In this document: piece by piece, positions 39,337 through 47,812 of the stretch
Layout: each line of letters starts with the position of its first letter
Numbering within the stretch: position 1 is the stretch's first letter
NCBI GenBank assembly: GCA_964420555.1
Contig: CAYQTT010000002.1
Location: forward strand, 69,590-133,589
Source of the DNA: an uncultured Lentimicrobiaceae bacterium
GTDB taxonomy: Bacteria; Bacteroidota; Bacteroidia; Bacteroidales; UBA4417
Direction of reading: 5' to 3'
Length of the DNA: 64,000 nt
Notes under the pieces: model-generated
Seen by the model: the letters and a program-made list of their open reading frames with translations, nothing else
Database searches by the model: none
What the model was told of the DNA's origin: nothing
Program-made: the position numbers and the translations under genes

Positions 39337-40344
39337 ATGTATCGGTTTGCTTTCTGGTCTGCAATCATCTGTATGATTTTGCTTGCTTCCTGCAAAGAGC
39401 AGGAACAATCTGTACTCCTTAAATTTGGAGGTGAAACACAAGGAACCTATTACGCCATAACTTATTATGCTGCTGACAGTGTCAACCTTCAATCTTCTGT
39501 TGATTCGCTGCTTCACCGTTTCGACTCAACGGCTTCGACATACAAACCAAATTCCATAATTTCTCGCTTTAATGAAAATGATACTTCAGTAGTGGCTGAT
39601 GAAATGTTTTCTATCATCTTCCGAAAAGCTATGGAAATTTCCGAAAAAACCAACGGCGCTTTTGATATAACTGTTGGTCCGCTTGTAAAAGCCTGGGGAT
39701 TTGGTCTGTCAAATCGAATGAAAATGGATCAACATATAGTCGATAGTCTTTTGCCTTTTGTCGGCTATAAAAAAGTCAGGCTCGAAAATGGAAAAATATT
39801 TAAAGAGGATTCCCGCATGCGTATCGATTATAATGCTATTGCGCAGGGATATGCGGTGGATGTGGTTGCTGCTTTCTTCGAATCGAAAGGGATTAAATCG
39901 TATCTGATCGATATTGGAGGCGAAGTACTTGGACGCGGCACAAAACCTGGTGGAGAGAAATGGAACGTTGCAATCGAAATGCCAACGCAGAATGCTGATG
40001 ATGATCGTACCATTCAGGCAGTGGTATCGCTTAAGGATATGGCTATTTCCACATCAGGAAACTATCGGAAATTCTATGAAGAGGATGGAATCCGTTATTC
40101 TCACACCATTGATCCTTCAAATGGTTATCCGGTAAAGCATTCGTTGCTAAGTGTTTCCGTCTTGTCCGTTGATTGCATGACTTCCGATGCTTATGCAACA
40201 GCTCTGATGGTTATGGGCCTGGATAAAGGGAAGCAGTTTCTTGCTCAACACTCCGGGATTGATGCCTATTTTATTTATTCCGCTCCGGATGGAAGTATGA
40301 AAACATACTTTACAAAAGGATTTGAGACACTTTTACAAAAATAA
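39337..40344 (+). CDS. apbE: FAD:protein FMN transferase (flavin-trafficking lipoprotein ApbE)
   Basis: It has 'GAFDITVGPLVKAWGFG' and 'AISTSGNYRKF' and a lipoprotein signal 'ILLASC'. I prefer the ATG at 39337 over the TTG at 39301, which would overlap the terminator. Confidence 0.85.
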   Translation: MYRFAFWSAIICMILLASCKEQEQSVLLKFGGETQGTYYAITYYAADSVNLQSSVDSLLHRFDSTASTYKPNSIISRFNENDTSVVADEMFSIIFRKAMEISEKTNGAFDITVGPLVKAWGFGLSNRMKMDQHIVDSLLPFVGYKKVRLENGKIFKEDSRMRIDYNAIAQGYAVDVVAAFFESKGIKSYLIDIGGEVLGRGTKPGGEKWNVAIEMPTQNADDDRTIQAVVSLKDMAISTSGNYRKFYEEDGIRYSHTIDPSNGYPVKHSLLSVSVLSVDCMTSDAYATALMVMGLDKGKQFLAQHSGIDAYFIYSAPDGSMKTYFTKGFETLLQK

Positions 40345-40397
40345 TTCTTTAATAGAACAACAAAGATTTTAAACCAATAATCAAGACATTTTTAATC

Positions 40398-42284
40398 ATG
40401 AAGAACCTTCTTTTCTTTATTCTGGTAGTGTTCATTGCCAATGTCCAGGCTCAGAACAACGTACTGAACCTGATTCCTCAACCTGTTGAACTTAAATTGG
40501 AAAAAGGTTCCTATACCCTTACCAAATCAACATCTTTAGGGTATAATAAGCCGGAAAGCCGCGAAATTGCTGAAATGCTGGTTGAAAAAATAAACCTGGC
40601 AACCGGCTTTAAGTTAAAAGCAGCAGTAGGTAATAAAAGTGCCATTCAGCTAAACCTGAACTCAACCCCCGATCCGCAATTGGGTAACGAAGGATATTTG
40701 CTTGTTTCTACGTCAAAAGGAATCCTTATCAGCGCAAATCAGCCGGCAGGCTTATTTTATGGTGTGCAGACTTTGCTACAGCTTCTGCCTGTAGAAATTG
40801 AAAGCAAAGATGCAGTAAGTCAGAAATGGACAGTTCCTGCCGTTACTATTAAAGATTATCCCCGGTTTGCATGGCGTGGATTGATGCTTGATGTTAGTCG
40901 TAATTTCTTCACCAAAGAGGAGGTGAAGCAGTATATTGATGAAATGGTACGATTCAAATTCAATACTTTTCACTGGCATCTTACTGATGATGAAGGCTGG
41001 AGGATCGAAATAAAATCGTTGCCAAAACTTACTGAAGTTGGCGCATGGAGGGTTCCGCGGGCAGGGCATTTCGGGGATCGAGATTTCCCCAAGCCTGGTG
41101 AAGCAGCTACTGTTGGTGGTTTTTATACGCAGGATGATATCAGGGAAATTGTTCAATATGCCAAAGCAAGAAATGTAACCATTGTGCCCGAAATTGATGT
41201 ACCTGGTCACAGCATGGCTGCTATTGCATCGTATCCTGAACTAAGTTGTAAAAAAGACACCAGCACCAGTGTTAGCCCGGGAAGTAAATTCTCGGAATGG
41301 TATGGAAACGGGACTTTTAAGATGAATGTCGAAAATGCGCTTAATCCTTCTGATGAAAATGTATATGTGTTTCTGGATAAAGTATTTACAGAAGTAGCGG
41401 CACTTTTTCCCGGGCAATATATTCACGTAGGTGGCGATGAGTGTTACAAAGGCTACTGGAAAGAGGATGAAGGTTGCCAGAAACTAATGAAAGAACTGGG
41501 GATCAGGCATGTGGAAGATCTTCAGGGATATTTCATGCACAGGGTGGAAGCGATTCTGAAAAAAAATGGTAAAAAACTGATAGGGTGGGACGAAATCCTG
41601 GAAGGTGGCATTGCTCCGGAAGCTACGGTGATGAGCTGGCGCGGTATAAAAGGTGGAATTGAAGCCGCTCAAATGGGGCATGATGTGGTAATTTCACCTA
41701 CCACTTTTGCTTACCTCGATTATACCCAGGGCGAACGCACAGTGGACCCGCCGATATATGCCAGCCTTCGTTTAAAAAAGTGCTATAGTTTTGAGCCGGT
41801 TCCTGATGGTGTTGATGCAAAATATATTTTGGGTGGACAAGGTAATTTGTGGACTGAACAGGTTCCAACGCTTCGTTATGCCTATTATATGACCTATCCA
41901 CGCGCATGGGCTTTATCTGAAGTGTATTGGTCGCCAAAGGAAAGTAAAAACTGGGACAGCTTTATTCAGCGAGTTGAAAAACAGTTCGATCGTTCGGATG
42001 TTGCTGAAACAAATTATTCAAAAGCCATCTACGACCCGATAATTACTATGTCGCGGCGCGACGGTAAACTTTTATTGACCATGGAGTCTGAGGCACCAAA
42101 TATCGATATTTACTATACCATTAATGATGTAATGCCCGACAAGTTTACCAGCCTTTACACTCAACCAGCCGAACTTCCTGAAGGCCCCATAACGCTCCGT
42201 GTTGTATCATACCGCGATGGAAAACCCATCGGACATCTTATCACATTAAAAAGGGATGAACTGGAGAGACGAGCAGGGAAGTAG
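40398..42284 (+). CDS. Beta-N-acetylhexosaminidase, glycoside hydrolase family 20
   Basis: It has a signal peptide, 'RGLMLDVSRNF', 'FHWHLTDDEGWR' and the catalytic 'HVGGDEC'. Confidence 0.88.
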   Translation: MKNLLFFILVVFIANVQAQNNVLNLIPQPVELKLEKGSYTLTKSTSLGYNKPESREIAEMLVEKINLATGFKLKAAVGNKSAIQLNLNSTPDPQLGNEGYLLVSTSKGILISANQPAGLFYGVQTLLQLLPVEIESKDAVSQKWTVPAVTIKDYPRFAWRGLMLDVSRNFFTKEEVKQYIDEMVRFKFNTFHWHLTDDEGWRIEIKSLPKLTEVGAWRVPRAGHFGDRDFPKPGEAATVGGFYTQDDIREIVQYAKARNVTIVPEIDVPGHSMAAIASYPELSCKKDTSTSVSPGSKFSEWYGNGTFKMNVENALNPSDENVYVFLDKVFTEVAALFPGQYIHVGGDECYKGYWKEDEGCQKLMKELGIRHVEDLQGYFMHRVEAILKKNGKKLIGWDEILEGGIAPEATVMSWRGIKGGIEAAQMGHDVVISPTTFAYLDYTQGERTVDPPIYASLRLKKCYSFEPVPDGVDAKYILGGQGNLWTEQVPTLRYAYYMTYPRAWALSEVYWSPKESKNWDSFIQRVEKQFDRSDVAETNYSKAIYDPIITMSRRDGKLLLTMESEAPNIDIYYTINDVMPDKFTSLYTQPAELPEGPITLRVVSYRDGKPIGHLITLKRDELERRAGK

Positions 42285-42558
42285 TTTCTTATTACGCCCT
42301 TGCAGGGCTTGAAGAACTGACTGATTAGCTCTTATTAACGAAGGCCTTCACCCTTCGTTCTGGTATGACGCCCTTTCAGGGCTTGAAGGATTGACTGAAT
42401 AGCTTTATTAACGAAGGGCTTCACTCTTCGTTCTGAGATAGCACCCTTTCAGAGCTTGAAGGACTGACTGACTAGCTTTATTAACGAAGGGCTTCACCCT
42501 TCGTTCTGAGATAGCGCCTTTTCAGGGCTTACCTCTCATAGCCCTTAAAGGGCGTAAT
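42285..42558. repeat. Tandem array (~3.2 x 73-74 bp) of a two-hairpin unit, bracketed by inverted copies of the small hairpin
   Basis: Units start at about 42294, 42368, 42441 and 42514 (partial). The hairpins are GCCCTttcAGGGC and AACGAAGGGcttcaCCCTTCGTT. ATTACGCCCTTgcaGGGC (42291-42308) is mirrored by GCCCttaAAGGGCGTAAT (42541-42558). Confidence 0.9.
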
Positions 42559-42560
42559 AC

Positions 42561-42680
42561 ATCAACGATGGACGCAGTCCATCGAATCACATCAACGATG
42601 GACGCAGTCCATCGAATCACATGAACGATGGATGCAGTCCATCGTATAACACCAGCGACGGACACAGTCCATCCTATAAA
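42561..42680. repeat. Tandem array (4 x 30 bp) of a REP-like stem-loop unit
   Basis: The unit is ATCAACGATGGACGCAGTCCATCGAATCAC. Copies 1 and 2 are identical, copy 3 has 5 substitutions and copy 4 is more diverged. Each has the 8-bp stem CGATGGAC/GTCCATCG with loop GCA. Confidence 0.9.
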
Positions 42681-42708
42681 GTTAACCTTAATACTAGAGA
42701 TATAGCAT

Positions 42709-43161
42709 ATGGGACAGTCCTTAGTAAAGAATTACATACATATCGTCTTCAGCACCAAATACCGCGCACCAATCATTCATCCGCCTTATGAACTTGAACT
42801 TCATGCCTACCTTGGTGGTATATGTAACAATCTCGAATGCCATACACTAAAAGTTGGTGGCTATACTGACCATGTGCATTTACTGTGCATGCTCTCAAAA
42901 AAGATCGCCTTAATGAAGCTTTTAGAGGAAGTCAAATCTCATTCTTCGAAATGGATGAAAACTAAAGATTATTCTCTTAATAACTTTTACTGGCAGGATG
43001 GATATGGCGCATTCTCTGTTAATCCGGCACAAGTCGATAGGGTAGTAGCCTATATCGGGAATCAGCATGTACACCACATGAAAAAAGATTTTCAGAATGA
43101 GTTCAGGTCCTACCTGAAAAAATACAATGTTGAATACGACGAACGCTATGTCTGGGATTAG
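42709..43161 (+). CDS. IS200-like Y1 (HUH) tyrosine transposase homolog, REP-associated (RAYT)-like
   Basis: 150 aa with 'NYIHIVFSTKYR', the HUH motif in 'GYTDHVHLLC' and the C-terminal helix Tyr 'VVAYIGNQ'. No tnpB is adjacent. The hairpin arrays lie immediately 5'. Confidence 0.75.
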   Translation: MGQSLVKNYIHIVFSTKYRAPIIHPPYELELHAYLGGICNNLECHTLKVGGYTDHVHLLCMLSKKIALMKLLEEVKSHSSKWMKTKDYSLNNFYWQDGYGAFSVNPAQVDRVVAYIGNQHVHHMKKDFQNEFRSYLKKYNVEYDERYVWD

Positions 43162-43200
43162 TCATTACGCAACCTTTAAATAAAAACAAAAACCATACTC

Positions 43201-44367
43201 ATGATATTACTCGATAAACCATACATTTCCGAATTTTTACTCGAAACGCTCGAAAGAAACAGAATACTGGTAATCAATACGAAAATTGTCGCTGAATTAG
43301 CATCCGACCGCAACCTGCAATTAGTTTCGGAAGCAGAAGCAGTTGCCAGTTATAATGGAAGTGATGCCTCAATGCTTTATACCAATTCCGAAAATTCAAT
43401 TTCATGGATTGAGAACAACCTTCAGCATAGCAGTCTTCCTGCAACAATAAAGTTATTTAAAAATAAAATACTTTTTCGTGACCTCATAAAGGATATGTAT
43501 CCGGGTTATTTTTACAAAGGCGTAACTATTCATCTGATTGATAAACTTGATGTATCAGGATATACTTTCCCTTTTATCATCAAGCCTGCCGTCGGGTTCT
43601 TCAGCCTTGGGGTGTATAAAGTAGAGCACCTTGAGGAATGGCCGGAAACAGTCAATACTATTAAAAAAGAAATTGAGCTCATCAGCGATCTTTATCCGCC
43701 TGAAGTTTTACACACCGGTGAATTTATAATTGAAGAATGTATTTACGGTGATGAATTTGCTATCGATTGTTACTTTAATAAAGATGGAAAGCCGTTGGTG
43801 TTAAATATAATGAAACATATATTTTCGTCGGGTAAAGATGTGAATGACAGGGTTTATATCACTTCGAAAGATATTATTGAGAGCAATTTGCATTCCATTA
43901 CTGAGTTCCTGCATGAAATTGGCAAACGAGCCAGCTTGCGCAATTTTCCGGCTCATGTTGAAGTTCGTATAAATGATGAGGGTGTTGTCGCTCCAATTGA
44001 AGTGAATCCTTTGCGTTTTGGAGGATGGTGTTCTACTCCCGACCTGGCCTGGTATGCTTTCGGGATAAATCTATATGAATACTTGTTTCAGCAGAAAACC
44101 CCTGACTGGAATACCATTTTAACGGGTAAAGAGAACCTGGTTTTCAGTAATATTGTTTTAAATAACAGCACAGGTACCGAAGGGAAAAACATACGTTCAT
44201 TCGACTATGATAAACTTCTTTCTGATTTCGAAAAGCCGCTCGAACTGCGTAAGGCTGACTTTAAAAAATTCCCGATTTTTGGTTTCCTTTTTTGTGAAAC
44301 AAGGCAGGAAAATATGGATGAACTGTATCGAATTCTGATGTCGGATTTAAAGGAATATTTGGAATAG
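43201..44367 (+). CDS. ATP-grasp domain protein of unknown substrate
   Basis: 388 aa. The central 'FPFIIKPAVGFFSLGVYKV' (ATP-grasp Lys loop), 'FIIEECIYGDEFAIDCYF' and 'PIEVNPLRFGG' fit an ATP-grasp fold. Confidence 0.65.
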   Translation: MILLDKPYISEFLLETLERNRILVINTKIVAELASDRNLQLVSEAEAVASYNGSDASMLYTNSENSISWIENNLQHSSLPATIKLFKNKILFRDLIKDMYPGYFYKGVTIHLIDKLDVSGYTFPFIIKPAVGFFSLGVYKVEHLEEWPETVNTIKKEIELISDLYPPEVLHTGEFIIEECIYGDEFAIDCYFNKDGKPLVLNIMKHIFSSGKDVNDRVYITSKDIIESNLHSITEFLHEIGKRASLRNFPAHVEVRINDEGVVAPIEVNPLRFGGWCSTPDLAWYAFGINLYEYLFQQKTPDWNTILTGKENLVFSNIVLNNSTGTEGKNIRSFDYDKLLSDFEKPLELRKADFKKFPIFGFLFCETRQENMDELYRILMSDLKEYLE

Positions 44368-44394
44368 CAGTTTCAGACAACCATTGATTAATTT

Positions 44395-45702
44395 TTATTC
44401 GCATTCTTCAATAACTGTCTTCTTATTCTTGATCTTCTCATCGCGTATAAGCCTGAGTAACTCCCGTATTTTGGTTCGTTTTACAGCCACATACGAAAAG
44501 AAGTCTTTCACTTCAATCAGCCCGATCTCTTCCTTTTTTAGGTTCCCTTTTTGAATTAAAAATCCGACAATATCTATTTTGTTGAGCTTATCTTTTTTGC
44601 CTTTGCCGATATACAACGTTCCCCACACAGGCTTTGGAGGCAGAACTCTTTCATCAGTTAACGTAATCGTATTTAGTTCATCTTTTATGTAGGAAGGGAC
44701 GGATTCGTCCTCACTCAGTATCAGGTACGAATCGCCTTCTGCATGCATCCGCGCCGTGCGCCCGTTACGGTGGATATAGCCTTCTTCGTTGGGTGGCAGA
44801 TGGTAATGAATAACGTGTTTTACATCCGGGATATCAAGTCCCCGCGAAGCCAGATCAGTACAAACCAGTATATTGCAACTGCCATTTCTGAATTTGCCCA
44901 ATACACGTTCCCTGATATGTTGTTCCAGTCCGCCATGGAAATACTCGTTAACAACTGAACTGTCGGTAAGTGAATCGCTTACCCGCTTGGCTGCATCGCG
45001 GTGATTGCAGAACACCAGGGTCGATTCACCGCCAAGGTGACATAAAAGTTGGAATAACGACGATAGTTTGTCTTTATGTTCCGATTTGACAATATTACAG
45101 CGAAGCCCTTCCGGTGCTGCTTTTTCACTCAGGTAATCAATTACGTAAGGTTTTGTAATGCCTGTAAATTCAGGAATTTCGATAGCCCTGGTAGCCGAAG
45201 TCAGGATTCGTTTATTTATTGTTGGCAAGGTTTGGATTATTGCCGACATTTCCTGCTGAAAACCCAGTTCCAATGATTTGTCAAACTCATCGAGCACAAG
45301 AGTATGAATGCTCTCAGTGCTGAAATTACCACGGGTTATATGGTCAAGTATCCTTCCTGGTGTGCCAATAAGCAAAGCCGGTGGTTCGATAAGGTTATTC
45401 AGCTCAATGCTCATTTTATGGCCGCCGTAGCAACAACTAACTTTTAATCCGGTATTCATCGATTTAAAGACCTGTTCAATTTGTATAGCCAGTTCGCGTG
45501 AGGGAGTTAGCACCAGCACCTGTACCCTGCTGTTGCCTTTTTCGAGGCTCTTCAGAACTGGTAAAAGAAAAGCAAGCGTTTTCCCTGAACCTGTCGGTGA
45601 AAGAAGTATAACGTCTCTGTGTTTGTTTATAGCTTCAACCGCTTCCACCTGCATGGAGTTAAGAGCTTCAATATTTAGAGCCTTAAGGATTTTATTTACC
45701 AA
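44395..45702 (-). CDS. DEAD-box ATP-dependent RNA helicase with DbpA-type C-terminal RNA-binding domain
   Basis: It has 'SPTGSGKT', 'TPGR', 'VLDEFD' (a DEAD variant), 'SAT' and 'HRNGRTAR'. The C-terminal 'IDIVGFL....L...EIGLIEV.D.FSYVAV' is DbpA-like. It has a TTG start at 45702, and the alternative ATG at 'MQVEAV' is unlikely because it would remove the N-terminal region. Confidence 0.85.
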   Translation of the reverse strand: MVNKILKALNIEALNSMQVEAVEAINKHRDVILLSPTGSGKTLAFLLPVLKSLEKGNSRVQVLVLTPSRELAIQIEQVFKSMNTGLKVSCCYGGHKMSIELNNLIEPPALLIGTPGRILDHITRGNFSTESIHTLVLDEFDKSLELGFQQEMSAIIQTLPTINKRILTSATRAIEIPEFTGITKPYVIDYLSEKAAPEGLRCNIVKSEHKDKLSSLFQLLCHLGGESTLVFCNHRDAAKRVSDSLTDSSVVNEYFHGGLEQHIRERVLGKFRNGSCNILVCTDLASRGLDIPDVKHVIHYHLPPNEEGYIHRNGRTARMHAEGDSYLILSEDESVPSYIKDELNTITLTDERVLPPKPVWGTLYIGKGKKDKLNKIDIVGFLIQKGNLKKEEIGLIEVKDFFSYVAVKRTKIRELLRLIRDEKIKNKKTVIEECE

Positions 45703-45883
45703 TTTTTAGTTTTTAAGGGAACATCGCGAAGGTACGACAAAACCAACTGTGAATGCCGAAGTGCAACAGATAGTGCTATACAAAGTTCTGTAAGGTAGAA
45801 TACAGGAATTCATTATCCAAATCGCTTTTGCGAAACTCCCCGGTTTGTAGATTTTCATTTTCAGAAAGTACTTTTTACTTCAT

Positions 45884-45912
45884 AAAAAAAGCCGTCAATA
45901 ACGACAGCTTCT
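45884..45912 (-). terminator. Rho-independent terminator after the 61-aa gene
   Basis: On the minus strand the hairpin AAGCTGTCG-ttat-TGACGGCTT is followed by TTTTTTT, about 35 nt after the stop. Confidence 0.55.
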
Positions 45913-45944
45913 TTTTAAGTGTAAAATCTGTTAACAACTAATCA

Positions 45945-46130
45945 TCATCCATTTTCGCATGAAGTGCTTTCATCGCCGCCGCAACTACACCCAAGCTGCT
46001 GCCCGGTTTGAGAGTCGATACTGCTACACGATTTCTTAAATTGAGCATCTTTGAGGAAGAACATCTTGATAGCAATTCCTGCAAAAGCAATTCCTAATAA
46101 AACAATGGCAACTAAAATTAATTTCAACAT
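45945..46130 (-). CDS. Small single-TM Cys-motif protein, NqrM-like (putative Na+-NQR maturation factor)
   Basis: 61 aa. A TM helix (LKLILVAIVLLGIAFAGIAI) is followed by 'KKSC-x13-C-S-CGG-x6-C-E'. It has its own terminator. The layout matches what I recall of DUF539/NqrM (TM + SCGG ... CxC...C), but this was not verified. Confidence 0.4.
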   Translation of the reverse strand: MLKLILVAIVLLGIAFAGIAIKMFFLKDAQFKKSCSSIDSQTGQQLGCSCGGDESTSCENG

Positions 46131-46213
46131 TTATTTAAGTTATTTTTAAATTTTTGTATTCGAGTCGAAACCTGAGAAGACCAGAATTCGTTATTCCCCT
46201 AATGAATCAGTAA

Positions 46214-47731
46214 TTAAATAAGATTCAGCTGGTTGTCGTCATTGGTTGTTTTAGGTTTACGGCCTCTTGTTTTTTTATCGCTCTGTATCTGAATGTTCTT
46301 GTATTGCTTGTATCTTAACCCAATATATCCGAGTTTGAAAAATACGTAAGTATTCGTTTTGTCGAGTTTCAGATTCGAGAGGATGTTTTTATCAGTAGTT
46401 TTTCTGAACTTACTAACATAAACAGCAATTTCAGAAATATGTTTCGGATCAGGCGACGAATCGAGAAATTCTTTGACCAGTTCCTTTATAGTTCCTGTTT
46501 TAACAGTATTCCATTCCTTTAGTGCATATGTACTTGTTTTGCCGATAGCTGCAACTTCCTCAATGCTCAATATCGACGAACGCAATGACTCAATATTGGG
46601 TGGAATCCGTTTTGATCTGACCTTTAGTTCTTTACATATTTCAGTAAGTTTCATTGGCCTTCCAACTGCTGACAGAATGCTGATAATATGTTCCGAAAGT
46701 TTAACCAAGGAGTTGCGCCTGAATATCAGGAAAGTTTTATCGTATCCGAGATCAAATTCTTCGGTGGCAATTCGTTTGCAGATTTGTTTGAGCCTGTCAT
46801 TCACAATTTGTCCCGGCAGCACAAACTGGTTAACATATTGCATAATATCAACCGGCTGGTCATTGGTCATACGTATCGAACTTCGCTCTTCAATATCTGT
46901 AATAAAAGCATCGAAATTGAAGACTTCTTTATATTTGCGGCTAACCAGGTAATAATGATGATATGTATTATCGAGGCTTTGAGTGGAAATAAAATACCTC
47001 TGAAATACCCCTGAAAAAACCAGCGATAATAGTTTTCCGGTGTAGGTAAGGTTTTCCTTTTTGTTAATTTGATCTACCAGTTCCTGGTTGATAACAATAA
47101 TTTCTTTCTTAAGATCCAAACCATAATCAAAGTGTTTGTCGATATTAACAAACCGCTGCGAAATTTTGCTTATTGCCATATATACCTTATCCGGAACCTT
47201 TTGCGATATCTGCCTTACCCGCTCGCGTGTAATGCTGTAATGGTCGCCGATAGCCTGCAGGGTACGTTTCTGCGATTGTTCGAGAAACCCGTAATTATTA
47301 TTGAAGATGTATTGCTCGCGTTCGTTCAATATGTATTTAATCATAGTTTGAACATAAGCGAACAGTGGAAAATCCTTCGAAATGAAAGCATCTTTAAAGA
47401 CTTCGGTTACTTCTGAAGGTACTTTGAAATTCACATAGCAGAAAAGTTTGAAATCTTCAAACCCAAGCAAAGGCTCATTCATCCTCAGGTTTTCGAGTGT
47501 GAGACCGGATATGCTCAGGTACTTTTTCGACAGGTTAATAAGCTCCATGTCGGTTTTAAGGCCGCAATTCCTGATTTCCCTGAACGTATTACGTTCGAGA
47601 AAATAATAGAGGATTTTGAACAGGGTATCCAGCGAACCTTCAATACAAACATTTTTGGTTCTCTCTGAAAGGTTTTCCATCCTTTTCAATTCCTCTATAT
47701 GATAATTGATAAGTTTTGATAAAGGGGCCAC
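46214..47731 (-). CDS. Multi-HTH DNA-binding protein (sigma-70 region-4-like HTH plus alpha-CTD-like and HARE-HTH-like modules)
   Basis: 505 aa. 'RTLQAIGDHYSITRERVRQISQKV' matches the sigma region 4.2 pattern. The N-terminal 'LSERTKNVCIEGSLDTLFKIL...IRNCGLKTDMELINL' resembles the RpoA alpha-CTD HhH. Two C-terminal segments end '...GKTSTYALKEW' and '...YVFFKLGYIGL' (HARE-HTH-like). A basic tail is present. It has a GTG start, with an ATG alternative at 'MENLS'. Confidence 0.5.
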   Translation of the reverse strand: MAPLSKLINYHIEELKRMENLSERTKNVCIEGSLDTLFKILYYFLERNTFREIRNCGLKTDMELINLSKKYLSISGLTLENLRMNEPLLGFEDFKLFCYVNFKVPSEVTEVFKDAFISKDFPLFAYVQTMIKYILNEREQYIFNNNYGFLEQSQKRTLQAIGDHYSITRERVRQISQKVPDKVYMAISKISQRFVNIDKHFDYGLDLKKEIIVINQELVDQINKKENLTYTGKLLSLVFSGVFQRYFISTQSLDNTYHHYYLVSRKYKEVFNFDAFITDIEERSSIRMTNDQPVDIMQYVNQFVLPGQIVNDRLKQICKRIATEEFDLGYDKTFLIFRRNSLVKLSEHIISILSAVGRPMKLTEICKELKVRSKRIPPNIESLRSSILSIEEVAAIGKTSTYALKEWNTVKTGTIKELVKEFLDSSPDPKHISEIAVYVSKFRKTTDKNILSNLKLDKTNTYVFFKLGYIGLRYKQYKNIQIQSDKKTRGRKPKTTNDDNQLNLI

Positions 47732-47812
47732 GGGATTTATTTTTATATGATTAACATTAACCTACAAATTTAATCAAAAAATTATTGAATTTTACATATA
47801 AGTCTTAAAGAA

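Noticed and set aside
42561-42680. Four 30-bp direct repeats that could be mistaken for a mini CRISPR array
   Set aside because: The repeats are contiguous with no spacers, each is itself a simple stem-loop, and no cas genes are nearby. They sit next to a Y1 transposase gene, so they fit REP-like elements rather than CRISPR.
42285-43161. Complete IS200/IS605 insertion sequence
   Set aside because: There is no tnpB, no right-end hairpin after the transposase stop, and no recognisable element boundaries. The left side is a multi-copy array rather than a single subterminal hairpin.
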